The position numbers and the translations under genes were made by a program. From Actinomycetota bacterium (lineage in GTDB: Bacteria > Actinomycetota > UBA4738 > HRBIN12), in assembly GCA_046716145.1 (NCBI GenBank), contig JBKJXU010000304.1, positions 1 through 62,836 on the forward strand: a DNA stretch of 62,836 bases, read 5' to 3'. The notes below the pieces were generated by a model. It was not told where the DNA came from, searched no databases, and was given only the letters and a program-made list of their open reading frames with translations. This document shows positions 7,595 to 16,100 of this stretch, piece after piece; the first letter of the stretch is position 1; each line of letters begins with the position of its first letter.

Positions 7595-7643
7595 GATCCG
7601 GGTAGCCGAAAGGCCCGTGGGAGATCGAGTCTCCCCTCCCGCA
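7583..7643 (+). repeat. terminal tRNA-Leu 3'-half copy F (arm truncated to GAGCAACC)
   Basis: GAGCAACC-CTTAGGATCCGG-GTAGCCGAAAGGCCCGT-GGGAG-ATCGAGT-CTCCC-CTCCCGC-A. It has no GCTCAC or iteron arm. It carries decay substitutions (T54 to A, one acceptor mismatch). Confidence 0.75.
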
Positions 7644-7649
7644 CCCTCG

Positions 7650-8576
7650 CTACGCGCGCTGGCCCGTCGCGAACAGCGCCAATTCCACCGCCGCGTCGAG
7701 CGTCAACGCCTGGCCCTCTTCGACTGCTCTCACGAAGGCGTCCTCGCCGAGCGCCGCGCGGACCTCTTCCCGCGTGTCTCGGTTCATCGATCCGACCCAG
7801 GTCTCGAGGACCCCGAGCTCGTCGAAGAGCGCGTCAGCACGCGCGACGATCCGAGCCGCCGGATCGGGGCTCCCCGTTCGGGCCAGGACATGCGCGCATC
7901 GGCTCAGCGCGATACCGACCGTCTGCCGGTCCTGGGCCATCGCGAACGGGAGGTGCTCGTGGACGAGCGCGAGCGCCTCGGACGTCGGCCTGCCGAGGTC
8001 GAGCGCGTTGATCGAGAGCCCGCCGAGCATCCGCATCTGGGCGACGGCGTTCCCGCTCGCCCGTGCGCGCTCGAGCAGTTCGTGACGGATATCCCACGAG
8101 CGCTCCAGTTCTCCCGAGCTCTCGAGCGACCAGACGAGCGGCCAACCCACGCCGAGGAAGCTGTCGTCGTCGCCGAGCTCGCGGAAGGTCCCGAACGCCT
8201 CCTCGAGATGTGGCAACGCCTCCCCGAACCGCGTGGCGCTCGAGAGCGAGACACCGACGGCCCACTGCCCCTCGGCGATCCAGAAGGGATCGTCGAGCGC
8301 TCGGAAGATCTCGAGCGCCTCCTGGGCTGTCACGAGGGCGCGCGAGGAGTCTCCGGTCGAAATCTGGAAGTCGCACAAGCCGAAGAGGGCGGATCCGCGG
8401 GCGGGCGTCGGCTCCGGCTGCAGCTCAAGGAGATGGCCGAGGCGCTGCGCGCCCTCCGCGTACCGTTCGGTCCCGTACCGCCCAGCGGCCCGGAGCTCCG
8501 GCCCTTGCGCCGACGCCTTCCAGGTGGACTCCACGATGTCGGTCAACAACACGGTCGCGAGCACGCGCTCGACCAT
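7650..8576 (-). CDS. TPR/helical-repeat protein, apparently a deletion derivative of a cyclase-ATPase-TPR regulator
   Basis: The N-terminus MVERVLATVLLTDIVESTWKAS is the first strand of a class III cyclase domain, but it runs directly into TPR-like repeats. The C-terminus ALTLDAAVELAL is typical of large ATPase/TPR regulators. Compare the full-length paralogue at 29202..32387. Confidence 0.6.
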   Translation of the reverse strand: MVERVLATVLLTDIVESTWKASAQGPELRAAGRYGTERYAEGAQRLGHLLELQPEPTPARGSALFGLCDFQISTGDSSRALVTAQEALEIFRALDDPFWIAEGQWAVGVSLSSATRFGEALPHLEEAFGTFRELGDDDSFLGVGWPLVWSLESSGELERSWDIRHELLERARASGNAVAQMRMLGGLSINALDLGRPTSEALALVHEHLPFAMAQDRQTVGIALSRCAHVLARTGSPDPAARIVARADALFDELGVLETWVGSMNRDTREEVRAALGEDAFVRAVEEGQALTLDAAVELALFATGQRA

Positions 8577-8834
8577 CTCTGTGAACCCCGCACCTCGCTC
8601 ACGGATCGCAGATGTTGCCGTCTGTCGCTGGGAGCGACCAGGCCAAGGCTCGTAGGGTGGAGCGAGCGAGGCCGGCCCGCTGCGGTCGCTCCGCCAAGAT
8701 CCTGGATCTCCTCGACCTGAGCAGCGAGCGCAAGGACGGCATGAGCCTCGGCTCACCTTTGAGGGAACGGAAAGGGGTTCCGTTGGACGGCCTTCCGCGC
8801 TAGCCTTGGAACTCCACGAACGAGGGGGTGTCCC

Positions 8835-10205
8835 ATGGGCACGATGACGCTCGACCAGCTTCGGGAGCAGGTGCGAGGGGAGGTAGTCGCCCCCGGTGAC
8901 GCGAGCTACGACGAAGCACGCTCGGTCCACAACGGCATGATCGATCGGCGTCCGAACGCCGTCGTGCAAGTAGCCAACGCCGGCGACGTCATCGCCACCG
9001 TCAACTACGCCCGCGAGAACGAACTCGACCTCGCGATACGGGGCGGTGGGCACAGCGCTCCGGGCTTCGGAACCGTGGACGGCGGGATCGTGATCGACTT
9101 CTCCAGATCGCGCTCCGTCCGCGTCGACCCATCGGCGCGTACGGCACGCGCCGACGGCGGCGTCACGTGGGGCGACCTCAACGCCGCGGCCCACGCCTTC
9201 GGCCTGGCGACACCGGGCGGCATCATCTCCACCACCGGCATCGCCGGGCTCACCCTCGGGGGCGGGATCGGCTACCTCTCGCGCGGGTTCGGCCTCTCCC
9301 TCGACAACTTGATCTCGGCCGATGTCGTGACGGCGGACGGTCAGTTCCTGATCGCCAACGAGAACGAGAACGCCGACCTGTTCTGGGCGCTCCGCGGCGG
9401 GGGTGGGAACCTCGGCGTATGCACGTCGCTGGAGTACCGGCTCCACCCGGTGAAGGACGTCTACTGGGGTCCGATGTTCTACGAGGTCGAGGAGACCGAG
9501 AACATCCTGCGCTTCTATCGCGAGTACATGAAGGGTGCCCCCGAGGAGATGGGGGTCTTCCCCGCCTTCCAGATCGCGCCCCCGCTTCCGTTCATCCCCG
9601 AGGACCGTCACGGCGACATGTTCGCTGCGCTGGTGGCGTGTTGGGCTGGGCCGGTCGAGGAGGGCGAAGCCCAGTTCAAGCCGTTCCACGAGGTCGCCGA
9701 GGTGAAGGCGGAAATGGTCGGACCGGTTCCTTTCCCGGCGATCAACGCCGCGTTCGACGGCTTGTACCCGAAGGGCCTGCGGGCGTACTGGAAGGGCAAC
9801 TACGTCAAGACGCTGACCGACGAGGCCATCGCCGCCCACGTGGAGCACGGACCGAAGGCCCCCACAGTGAGCTCGACGATGCACCTGTACCCGATCGACG
9901 GCGCGTGCCACCGGGTCGGGGCCGACGAGACCGCGTTCGGGCACCGCGACGCGAACTGGTCCATGGTCATCGTCTCCTGCTGGGACGACCCGGCCGCGGA
10001 CGAGGCCAACATCCAGTGGGTCCGGGACTACTCGGATGCAGTCGCCCCGCATTCGGAGGAGGGCGGCTACGTGAACTTCATGTTCGGGGACGACGACAAC
10101 CGGGTGCCCGCCAACTACGGCGCGAACTACGAGCGGCTCGTCAAGGTCAAGCGAGAGTACGACCCCGACAACGTGTTCCACGTGAACCAGAACATCAAGC
10201 CGTAG
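8835..10205 (+). CDS. FAD-linked oxidase (PCMH/BBE-like family)
   Basis: FAD-binding segment AIRGGGHSAPGF...GGIISTTGIAGLTLGGGIGYLS. The C-terminal BBE-type motif is YERLVKVKREYDPDNVFHVNQNIKP. Confidence 0.88.
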   Translation: MGTMTLDQLREQVRGEVVAPGDASYDEARSVHNGMIDRRPNAVVQVANAGDVIATVNYARENELDLAIRGGGHSAPGFGTVDGGIVIDFSRSRSVRVDPSARTARADGGVTWGDLNAAAHAFGLATPGGIISTTGIAGLTLGGGIGYLSRGFGLSLDNLISADVVTADGQFLIANENENADLFWALRGGGGNLGVCTSLEYRLHPVKDVYWGPMFYEVEETENILRFYREYMKGAPEEMGVFPAFQIAPPLPFIPEDRHGDMFAALVACWAGPVEEGEAQFKPFHEVAEVKAEMVGPVPFPAINAAFDGLYPKGLRAYWKGNYVKTLTDEAIAAHVEHGPKAPTVSSTMHLYPIDGACHRVGADETAFGHRDANWSMVIVSCWDDPAADEANIQWVRDYSDAVAPHSEEGGYVNFMFGDDDNRVPANYGANYERLVKVKREYDPDNVFHVNQNIKP

Positions 10206-10295
10206 CCCGGTTGCCCCTTCGGAAGCGCTGCGCGTGTCGAGGGGATCGGGCGACCGGTCGGTGCTGTCGGGGCTCCTGCTCGAGTTCAAACCCCC

Positions 10296-10917
10296 CTCTC
10301 GACCTGCTCCACAACATCCTCCCCCCCGAGATCGCGACGCGCCTCAAGGACGACGGCTCGACGATCGCTGACGATGTGCCGGCCGCGTCGGGTGCTGTTC
10401 GCCGACATCGTCGACTTCACACCGATGTCGGCGTCGCTCACCCGGCACGCTTGGTCAGGCTCCTCGACGAGGTGTTCTCGGCGTTCGATGTCGCCGTCGA
10501 GGAGCTGGGTCTCGAGAAGGTCAAGGCCGTGGGCGACGCCTACATGGCCGCGTCGGGCGTCCCGTCCCGCGTGGGGACCACGCGGAGGCCATCGCCGACC
10601 TAGCCCTGCGCATCCGCGGCCTCGTCGCCACGACGACGTTCGATGGACGGCGCCTGCAGGTCCGGATCGGGGTCGCGTCGGGGCAACTCACCGCCGGGAT
10701 CATCGGCACGCACAAGTTCGCCTACGACCTGTGGGGCGGCACGGTGAACACTGCGAGCAGGATGGAGTCCAGCGGCATCCCCGGACAGATCCAGCTCTCC
10801 CCATCAACGCACGAGCTGCTCGACGATCGCTACCGGTGCGAGCCACGCGGCCCGATCCAGGTCAAGGGCAAGGAGGAGATGCGTCCCTACCCGCTGCTCT
10901 CCCGCGATCCGGGCTGA
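10296..10917 (+). pseudogene. class III adenylate/guanylate cyclase catalytic domain, 5'-truncated with three or more frameshifts
   Basis: The domain must be read across three frames. These are LLHNILPPEIATRLKDDGSTIADDVPAAS, then VLFADIVDFTPMSASLT, then ARLVRLLDEVFSAFDVAVEELGLEKVKAVGDAYMAASGVP, then DHAEAIADLALRIRG...WGGTVNTASRMESSGIPGQIQLS...VKGKEEMRPYPL. There is no N-terminal domain or start. Confidence 0.75.
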
Positions 10918-11003
10918 ACAGCCGTAGATCGGGCGGACGGCCGCGCTCCTCGCGCGCGAGAACCGAGTCAGCTCCATGCGACGGCCGTTCCCACGCGGCG
11001 AAC

Positions 11004-11807
11004 TCAAGCCGTTCCTCGCAAGATCCGCAGCACTGCGGGGAGGACGGGATCGGCGCGAGCGGTGTCGACGCCGAGGTGATCCATTCCTTCGATGGAGACG
11101 AACTCCGCGTTCGGGATCTCGTTCGCCGCGCGCTTCGTCTGATCGAAGAAGTCCGCGTCATCCTCCGCCACGCAGATGAGGCACCTCACGTCCCACGCCT
11201 CGAGGTCATCGGCGACCGCTCCTTCGTCCATCGCGGCCCTCCATGCGGCCCGCATCGCTGCAGCATCGCAGGCGAGGTACGCCGACCGGATGTCATCCGG
11301 GTATCGCCCTGCGATCGCCTCGAAGGCCTCGACGAGAGCTACGATGCCCCGCTTCCTGGACGCGGCCAGGGCCTCGGCGACCACGCGCGCTAGCGGGCCG
11401 TCGGGGTCGATGGCGTAGGGGTGCTGACCGATGGTGACGAGCGAACGAACGCGCCCGGCCGCATGCTCACCGAGGCCGAAGCAGAGCCTTCCGCCCCAGG
11501 AGATGCCGAGGAAGTGCGCGCGTTCGATCCCCAGCTCGTCGAGCACGGCCACGACATCAGCGACGCGCAGGGGCATCGCGTACGCCTCGGCCTCGTGCGG
11601 CGCGTCGCTCCGCCCGTGACCGCGATGGTCGATGAAGATGAGCCGGAACTCGTCCGTGTGCTCCCGCAGCGCCCGGGCGATCGGTGCGCGCCGGACCAGA
11701 TCGACCGGATCGAGGAATCCTCCGAGGACCACGACCGGCGTACCTTCTCCACCGTCGTCCTCGAAGTACACGCGGGCCGCGTCACGAGCGTTCGTCGCGA
11801 ATGACAC
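11004..11807 (-). CDS. alpha/beta hydrolase
   Basis: Oxyanion region VVVLGGFL, nucleophile elbow GISWGG, and C-terminal GMDHLG. The GTG start at 11807 has a GAGAGAGG Shine-Dalgarno upstream. An alternative GTG lies at 11843. Confidence 0.75.
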   Translation of the reverse strand: MSFATNARDAARVYFEDDGGEGTPVVVLGGFLDPVDLVRRAPIARALREHTDEFRLIFIDHRGHGRSDAPHEAEAYAMPLRVADVVAVLDELGIERAHFLGISWGGRLCFGLGEHAAGRVRSLVTIGQHPYAIDPDGPLARVVAEALAASRKRGIVALVEAFEAIAGRYPDDIRSAYLACDAAAMRAAWRAAMDEGAVADDLEAWDVRCLICVAEDDADFFDQTKRAANEIPNAEFVSIEGMDHLGVDTARADPVLPAVLRILRGTA

Positions 11808-11851
11808 CCGATGGAGCCTCTCTCGTCGTGGTGCAGCGATCACCGAGGCGG

Positions 11852-13162
11852 CTACAGCTGACCGGTGCCCCACGGGCCCGTGATCGCGAGCATGATGCCC
11901 GGGCGCTGGATAGAGACCATCAGCGTCTTGCCGTCGGGCGTGTAGGCCGGCCCCGAGAACTCCGAGCCCCCTCCGTCCAGTAGGTTCTCGCCGAAGTCGA
12001 AGATCTGGCCGGCGGGCGTGAGCCCACGAAGGTAGTTCCGTGGGTAGCCGTCCTCGCACAGGAGCACACCGCCGCGAGGGCTCACCGCGACGTTGTCCGG
12101 CGTGTCCAGGATGTCGCGGTTATGCGTCTCGTACAGCAGCCGCAGCGTTCCTTTCGATGGGCTGTACCGCCACACCTGTCCATGGTTCTGATCGCCGCCG
12201 TAGGCGCTGTTGAACGTGACCGCTCCGTTCTTGAAGTCGGCGCCCTCCAGGTAATCGAAGAGTGCAGCGCCGTCGTCGATGCCTTGTTTGGTGACCCGAG
12301 CCGCCGGGCCCTCGCTCTCCAGGACGGGATCGGGCCGGTCGATCTTCACCCACTCGGTCTTGAGGTCGCGCCCCACGGTCTGATGCTTGCGTGTGTCGTA
12401 GGCCCACTCCCCCACGACCTTCAGCATCTCGAGCGTCCCGCCGGCCAGGAGGTTGTTCTTGTCGCTCGGGCGGAACCGGAAGAAGCCCGCCGGCGTGTCG
12501 TCCTCGGTCATGTAGACGTACCCGGTCTTGGGGTCGGTCACCGCGGCCTCATGGACGAACCGGCCCATCGCTTTGATCGGCACCGGCGTGATCTGACCGG
12601 TGGCGGTCGACGGGATCTCGAACACGTAGCCATGCGGCTTCGGCAGGGCCGCGGTGCCCGTGAAGTGTGTGCCCTCTTCGCAGGTGAGCCACGTCTTGCG
12701 CGGCGTGGCGCCACCCGAGCAGGGCCAGAGCAGGCCGCTGGCCACCAGTTGCTTCTTCACCGGCTTCATGGTCGCTGGATCGATGTCGTAGATCGCGATG
12801 CTGCCCTCGACGTCGGCGTCGTAGACCTTGCTCAGATCACCGAGCGCGGTGCCGGAGCCGAGTTCGTGGTTGCGGACCGATCGCCAGAGCTTGCGGCTGG
12901 TCGGGTGCGGGAAGAACGCCTGACCGTCCGGTGCGCCCGGCTGGCCTTCGGCGAGTCCGGTGAACGGATCGCCGGTCATGTCGACGATGCGGTAGGAGAA
13001 CCCGGCCGGCAACGCCAGGAGGCCCGCGGGGTCGGCAAGGAGCGGACCGTACCCCACGGGAGCCGCGCCCGCGCGCCCGGCCAGGACCGTCGGCGCGACC
13101 GCCGCGGCTCCCGCCAGGGCCACACCACGCTTCAACAATGCCCTGCGACTGATCGACTCCAT
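11852..13162 (-). CDS. phoX: PhoX-type secreted phosphatase (DUF839), Tat signal
   Basis: MESISRRALLKRGVALAGAAAVA is a twin-arginine signal. The motifs NHELG, CSGGATPRKTWLTCEE and HGYVFE are characteristic of PhoX/DUF839. A GGGAGGG Shine-Dalgarno precedes the ATG. Confidence 0.75.
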   Translation of the reverse strand: MESISRRALLKRGVALAGAAAVAPTVLAGRAGAAPVGYGPLLADPAGLLALPAGFSYRIVDMTGDPFTGLAEGQPGAPDGQAFFPHPTSRKLWRSVRNHELGSGTALGDLSKVYDADVEGSIAIYDIDPATMKPVKKQLVASGLLWPCSGGATPRKTWLTCEEGTHFTGTAALPKPHGYVFEIPSTATGQITPVPIKAMGRFVHEAAVTDPKTGYVYMTEDDTPAGFFRFRPSDKNNLLAGGTLEMLKVVGEWAYDTRKHQTVGRDLKTEWVKIDRPDPVLESEGPAARVTKQGIDDGAALFDYLEGADFKNGAVTFNSAYGGDQNHGQVWRYSPSKGTLRLLYETHNRDILDTPDNVAVSPRGGVLLCEDGYPRNYLRGLTPAGQIFDFGENLLDGGGSEFSGPAYTPDGKTLMVSIQRPGIMLAITGPWGTGQL

Positions 13163-13327
13163 GGTTCCCAACCCTCCCAGGTCGATGGCACCCGACCCAG
13201 TAGGTCGGATCCGCACACGTCGCCGGGACGCTATGCGGTGCGACCGCTCACGGTCAATGGGCCAGAAGTCTGAGAGGCGCCCGCCGGGCGTTCGCGCACG
13301 TCACCGCTGAACGCCGTTCAACCGTTC

Positions 13328-14203
13328 TTGCAGATCTCCATCAGCGAGTTGGCACGGCGAGGAAGCGTTCACGATCGAGCGCGTAGATTCGGGTGCGTGA
13401 ACGACCTCGATCCGGCCGACCTGCTTGCTCGCTACGACGCGCAGCTTCGCGCCGAGGTCCCGGACCCACTTCCGGAGGGTCTGCACGTCGAGCGCGACGG
13501 GCCCCTGGTGCGCTTCGCCGGACCGGGGCGCGGTGGGTTCATCGGCTACCACGACCTGGGCGGTATGGAGGGCGTCGAACTCGACGAGCTGATCGCGCGC
13601 CAGGTGCGGGTGTTCGCCGATCGAGGCGAGTCGTTCGAGTGGAAGCTGCACGGGCACGATCGACCTGCGGACCTGAGCGCGCGGCTGATGGCGCATGGCT
13701 TCGTGCCCGAGGATCTGGAGACGGTCGTGATCGCACCGGTGGCGCAGATCACGGGCGATGCGGTCCTGCCCGACGGCGTCTCGATACGAGAGGTGAGCGA
13801 TCGGGCCGATCTCGAACGGATCGGCGTCATGGAGGACGCGATCTGGAACGACGGCCGGACCGGCTGGCTGGCCGACAGCCTGCAGGCCGAGCACGTCGCC
13901 GGCCCAGACGCGATCACCATCGTCGTCGCCGAGTCGGACGGCGAGTTCATCTGCGCTGGATGGGTCCGCTTCGTATCGGGGACGGAATTCGCGACGCTCT
14001 GGGGTGGCGGCACGCTCCCCGCGTGGCGCCGTCGCGGCATCTACCGCGCGCTCGTCACATACCGAGCCAACCTCGCCGCGAAGCGCGGATTCCGCTCCCT
14101 GCAGGTGGACGCTTCATCGGAGAGCAGCCCCATCCTCCAACGGCTGGGCTTCATCGCGGTCACGACGACAACCCCTTTCATCTGGAGCCCGGACCGAGGT
14201 TGA
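13328..14203 (+). CDS. GNAT family N-acetyltransferase
   Basis: WRRRGIYRALV is the acetyl-CoA-binding R/Q-x-x-G-x-G/A motif. The C-terminal GNAT core is LQVDASSESSPILQRLGF. The start is uncertain, with an alternative GTG at 13397. Confidence 0.7.
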   Translation: MQISISELARRGSVHDRARRFGCVNDLDPADLLARYDAQLRAEVPDPLPEGLHVERDGPLVRFAGPGRGGFIGYHDLGGMEGVELDELIARQVRVFADRGESFEWKLHGHDRPADLSARLMAHGFVPEDLETVVIAPVAQITGDAVLPDGVSIREVSDRADLERIGVMEDAIWNDGRTGWLADSLQAEHVAGPDAITIVVAESDGEFICAGWVRFVSGTEFATLWGGGTLPAWRRRGIYRALVTYRANLAAKRGFRSLQVDASSESSPILQRLGFIAVTTTTPFIWSPDRG

Positions 14204-15023
14204 GGACCCCGCCACGGGCGGTGGCTGATCTTGTCGATACCGCGCTGAGGCCGATGACGACGGTGGCGTTCAGCTCTTCGGAACGGACCACCCGCGGCGT
14301 CAGTCCGTTGCGGGAGAAGATCTCGGCGGTCCGCGGCGCCTGCGGCTCACTCGTCTCGACCAGCAGGTGTCCGCCCGGCGCCAGCCACCGCGGCGCCCCG
14401 GCGATCACCCGCTGCTGCGCGTCGAGACCGTCGGCACCACCGTCGAGCGCCACGCGGGGCTCATGCGAGCGGGCTTCTGTCGGGAGAAGTTCGACCTCCG
14501 TCGTTGGGACGTAGGGAGCGTTGGCAACGAGGAGATCGACGCGGCCCCGCAAGGAAGCGGGCAGCGGCTCGTAGAGGTCACCCTCGTACACACGACCACG
14601 GGCCACGGCAACGTTGCGGCGGGCGCATCGCACCGCGTCGGGATCGACATCGACGGCGTGCAACTCGACCCGCTCAACGACCGCGGCGACCGCGGCGCCC
14701 ACCGCGCCGGAACCGCAGCACAGATCGACGACGACGGCTCCCGGCCGAGCGAGGGCGACGGCCCGCCGGACGAGGAACTCGGTGCGCCGGCGCGGCACGA
14801 AGACCCCCGGGTCCACCGCGATCCGCAGGCCGCAGAACTCCGCCCAACCCAGGACGTGCTCGAGAGGATGGCCGGCGACCCGCCGTTCGACCATCGCCGA
14901 GAGTTCGGCCGGCGCTGCGGCCGCAGAGATGAGCAACCGCGCCTCCTCCTCAGCGAAGACACACCCTGCGGCCCGGAGGCTGGCGACGATGTCGGGCCCG
15001 GGCCGTGGAGGTGAGGCCCCCAC
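14178..15023 (-). CDS. HemK/PrmC-like N5-glutamine-type methyltransferase
   Basis: VVDLCCGSGAVG is SAM motif I. LVANAPYVPT is a variant of the NPPY motif. Confidence 0.75.
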   Translation of the reverse strand: MGASPPRPGPDIVASLRAAGCVFAEEEARLLISAAAAPAELSAMVERRVAGHPLEHVLGWAEFCGLRIAVDPGVFVPRRRTEFLVRRAVALARPGAVVVDLCCGSGAVGAAVAAVVERVELHAVDVDPDAVRCARRNVAVARGRVYEGDLYEPLPASLRGRVDLLVANAPYVPTTEVELLPTEARSHEPRVALDGGADGLDAQQRVIAGAPRWLAPGGHLLVETSEPQAPRTAEIFSRNGLTPRVVRSEELNATVVIGLSAVSTRSATARGGVLNLGPGSR

Positions 15024-15024
15024 C

Positions 15025-16029
15025 TCAGGTCCCGAGCCGTTCGTCGAGGAGACGGGTGATCGCCCACGCTCCCTCGGAGGTGTTCGAGATCACCGTGTGC
15101 GTGATGGCCGAGGAGGGGTCGTGCACGCTGCGGAACGAGACGCCGGCGTCGTAGCCCTCGAGCATCACGGCGTCGCTCGTGGCGTGGAGCCAGAAACCGA
15201 GGCCGTAGCGGCTCGACTCCCGCGGCACATCGCTCCGTGGGCGCACCATCTCCGCCACCCAGCGATCCGCGACGATCTGCCCCGAGGAGAACGAGGTCCA
15301 GAACGTCCTGATGTCCGCCGCGGTCGAGTAGATCCCGCCGTCCCCGCTGCCGAGCACCGGCAGGTGGAAGATGTTGGTCCTGGGGTCATCGTCGGTGAGG
15401 TATCCGATCGCCGCGTCCGCGGGAAGCTCGTCCGAACGCAGGAACGCCGTGTCGCCCATCCCCGCCGGTTCGCAGACACGCAGCCGAACGAGCTCGTGGA
15501 ACGGCGTGCCGCTGATCCGCTCGGCGATCAACGCGAGCACGACGTAGCCGCCGTTGCAGTAGGCGAACCGATCGCCGGGCGGGAAGACCGCGGCATGACC
15601 GTCGAGCACCGCCAGGAAGTCCTCGGTCGACGCGAGCTCGTGGACAGGTACCGGCATCACATGGTCGGTGATCGCGTGACCGGCATCCTCGTCGAGGTAG
15701 TCACCGATACCGGACCGGTGCGAGAGCAGGTGCTCGATGGTCACGCCGTCGTCGATGAGGGTCAGGTCGCCGCCGAGCACGGAGCGAGCCGTCGTCGAGA
15801 GATCGAGCGAGCCGTCCTCGATCAGGCTCACGACCGCGAGCGCGGTCATGGCTTTGGAGCCGCTCGCCAAGGAGAACCGTGTGCTGAGCCCGTTGGGGAT
15901 CCGGTGGGCTCGATCGGCCAGCCCGAAGGCCTTCGCGAGCTCGAAGGTTCCCGCGCGAACGACGTGTGCGACGCCTGAGAACCCCGTGCGAACCGCGACC
16001 GCGTCGATCGCGGCTTCCAGGGACTGCAT
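15025..16029 (-). CDS. serine hydrolase, beta-lactamase/transpeptidase-like family
   Basis: The S-x-x-K motif is ASGSKAMTA. The family-typical segments HLLSHRSGIGDY and FAYCNGGY are also present. Confidence 0.8.
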   Translation of the reverse strand: MQSLEAAIDAVAVRTGFSGVAHVVRAGTFELAKAFGLADRAHRIPNGLSTRFSLASGSKAMTALAVVSLIEDGSLDLSTTARSVLGGDLTLIDDGVTIEHLLSHRSGIGDYLDEDAGHAITDHVMPVPVHELASTEDFLAVLDGHAAVFPPGDRFAYCNGGYVVLALIAERISGTPFHELVRLRVCEPAGMGDTAFLRSDELPADAAIGYLTDDDPRTNIFHLPVLGSGDGGIYSTAADIRTFWTSFSSGQIVADRWVAEMVRPRSDVPRESSRYGLGFWLHATSDAVMLEGYDAGVSFRSVHDPSSAITHTVISNTSEGAWAITRLLDERLGT

Positions 16030-16100
16030 CCCTCGAGCCTATCGAGCGGAGGCTGCCCGGATCGAGAACCGTTCGGCGGCGTGGGAGCGACAATCAAGAC

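Larger units (their letters stand above)
304..7643 (+). mobile_element. tRNA-Leu-linked cassette array (integron-like / serially accreted integrase-less mini-elements)
   Basis: Seven same-orientation composite repeats, each ending in a tRNA-Leu 3'-half copy, partition 7.3 kb into compact one- or two-gene units. No recombinase gene lies inside or next to the array. Ordinary chromosomal genes abut both ends. Confidence 0.55.

Noticed and set aside
8766-8784. Perfect 7-bp inverted repeat AACGGAA-n5-TTCCGTT in the divergent region upstream of the FAD-oxidase gene
   Set aside because: It is short, isolated and has no second copy in the window. It may be an operator, but the evidence is insufficient.
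7650-10289. Very long track ORFs such as 7650..10289(-), 20957..23278(-), 24191..25807(-), 51686..53551(-), 56953..59592(-), 263..1723(+) and 44311..46311(+)
   Set aside because: These are GC-driven shadow frames. They are Arg/Pro/Gly-rich, have no motifs, and overlap strongly supported genes on the other strand or in another frame. Only the motif-bearing sub-segments were called.
13290-13330. Possible PHO box (GTCACCGCTGAACGCCGTTCAACCGTTCTTG) upstream of the phoX-like gene
   Set aside because: It only loosely resembles GTTCACC-type direct repeats, lies about 150 nt from the start codon, and cannot be distinguished from chance without a genome-specific motif model.
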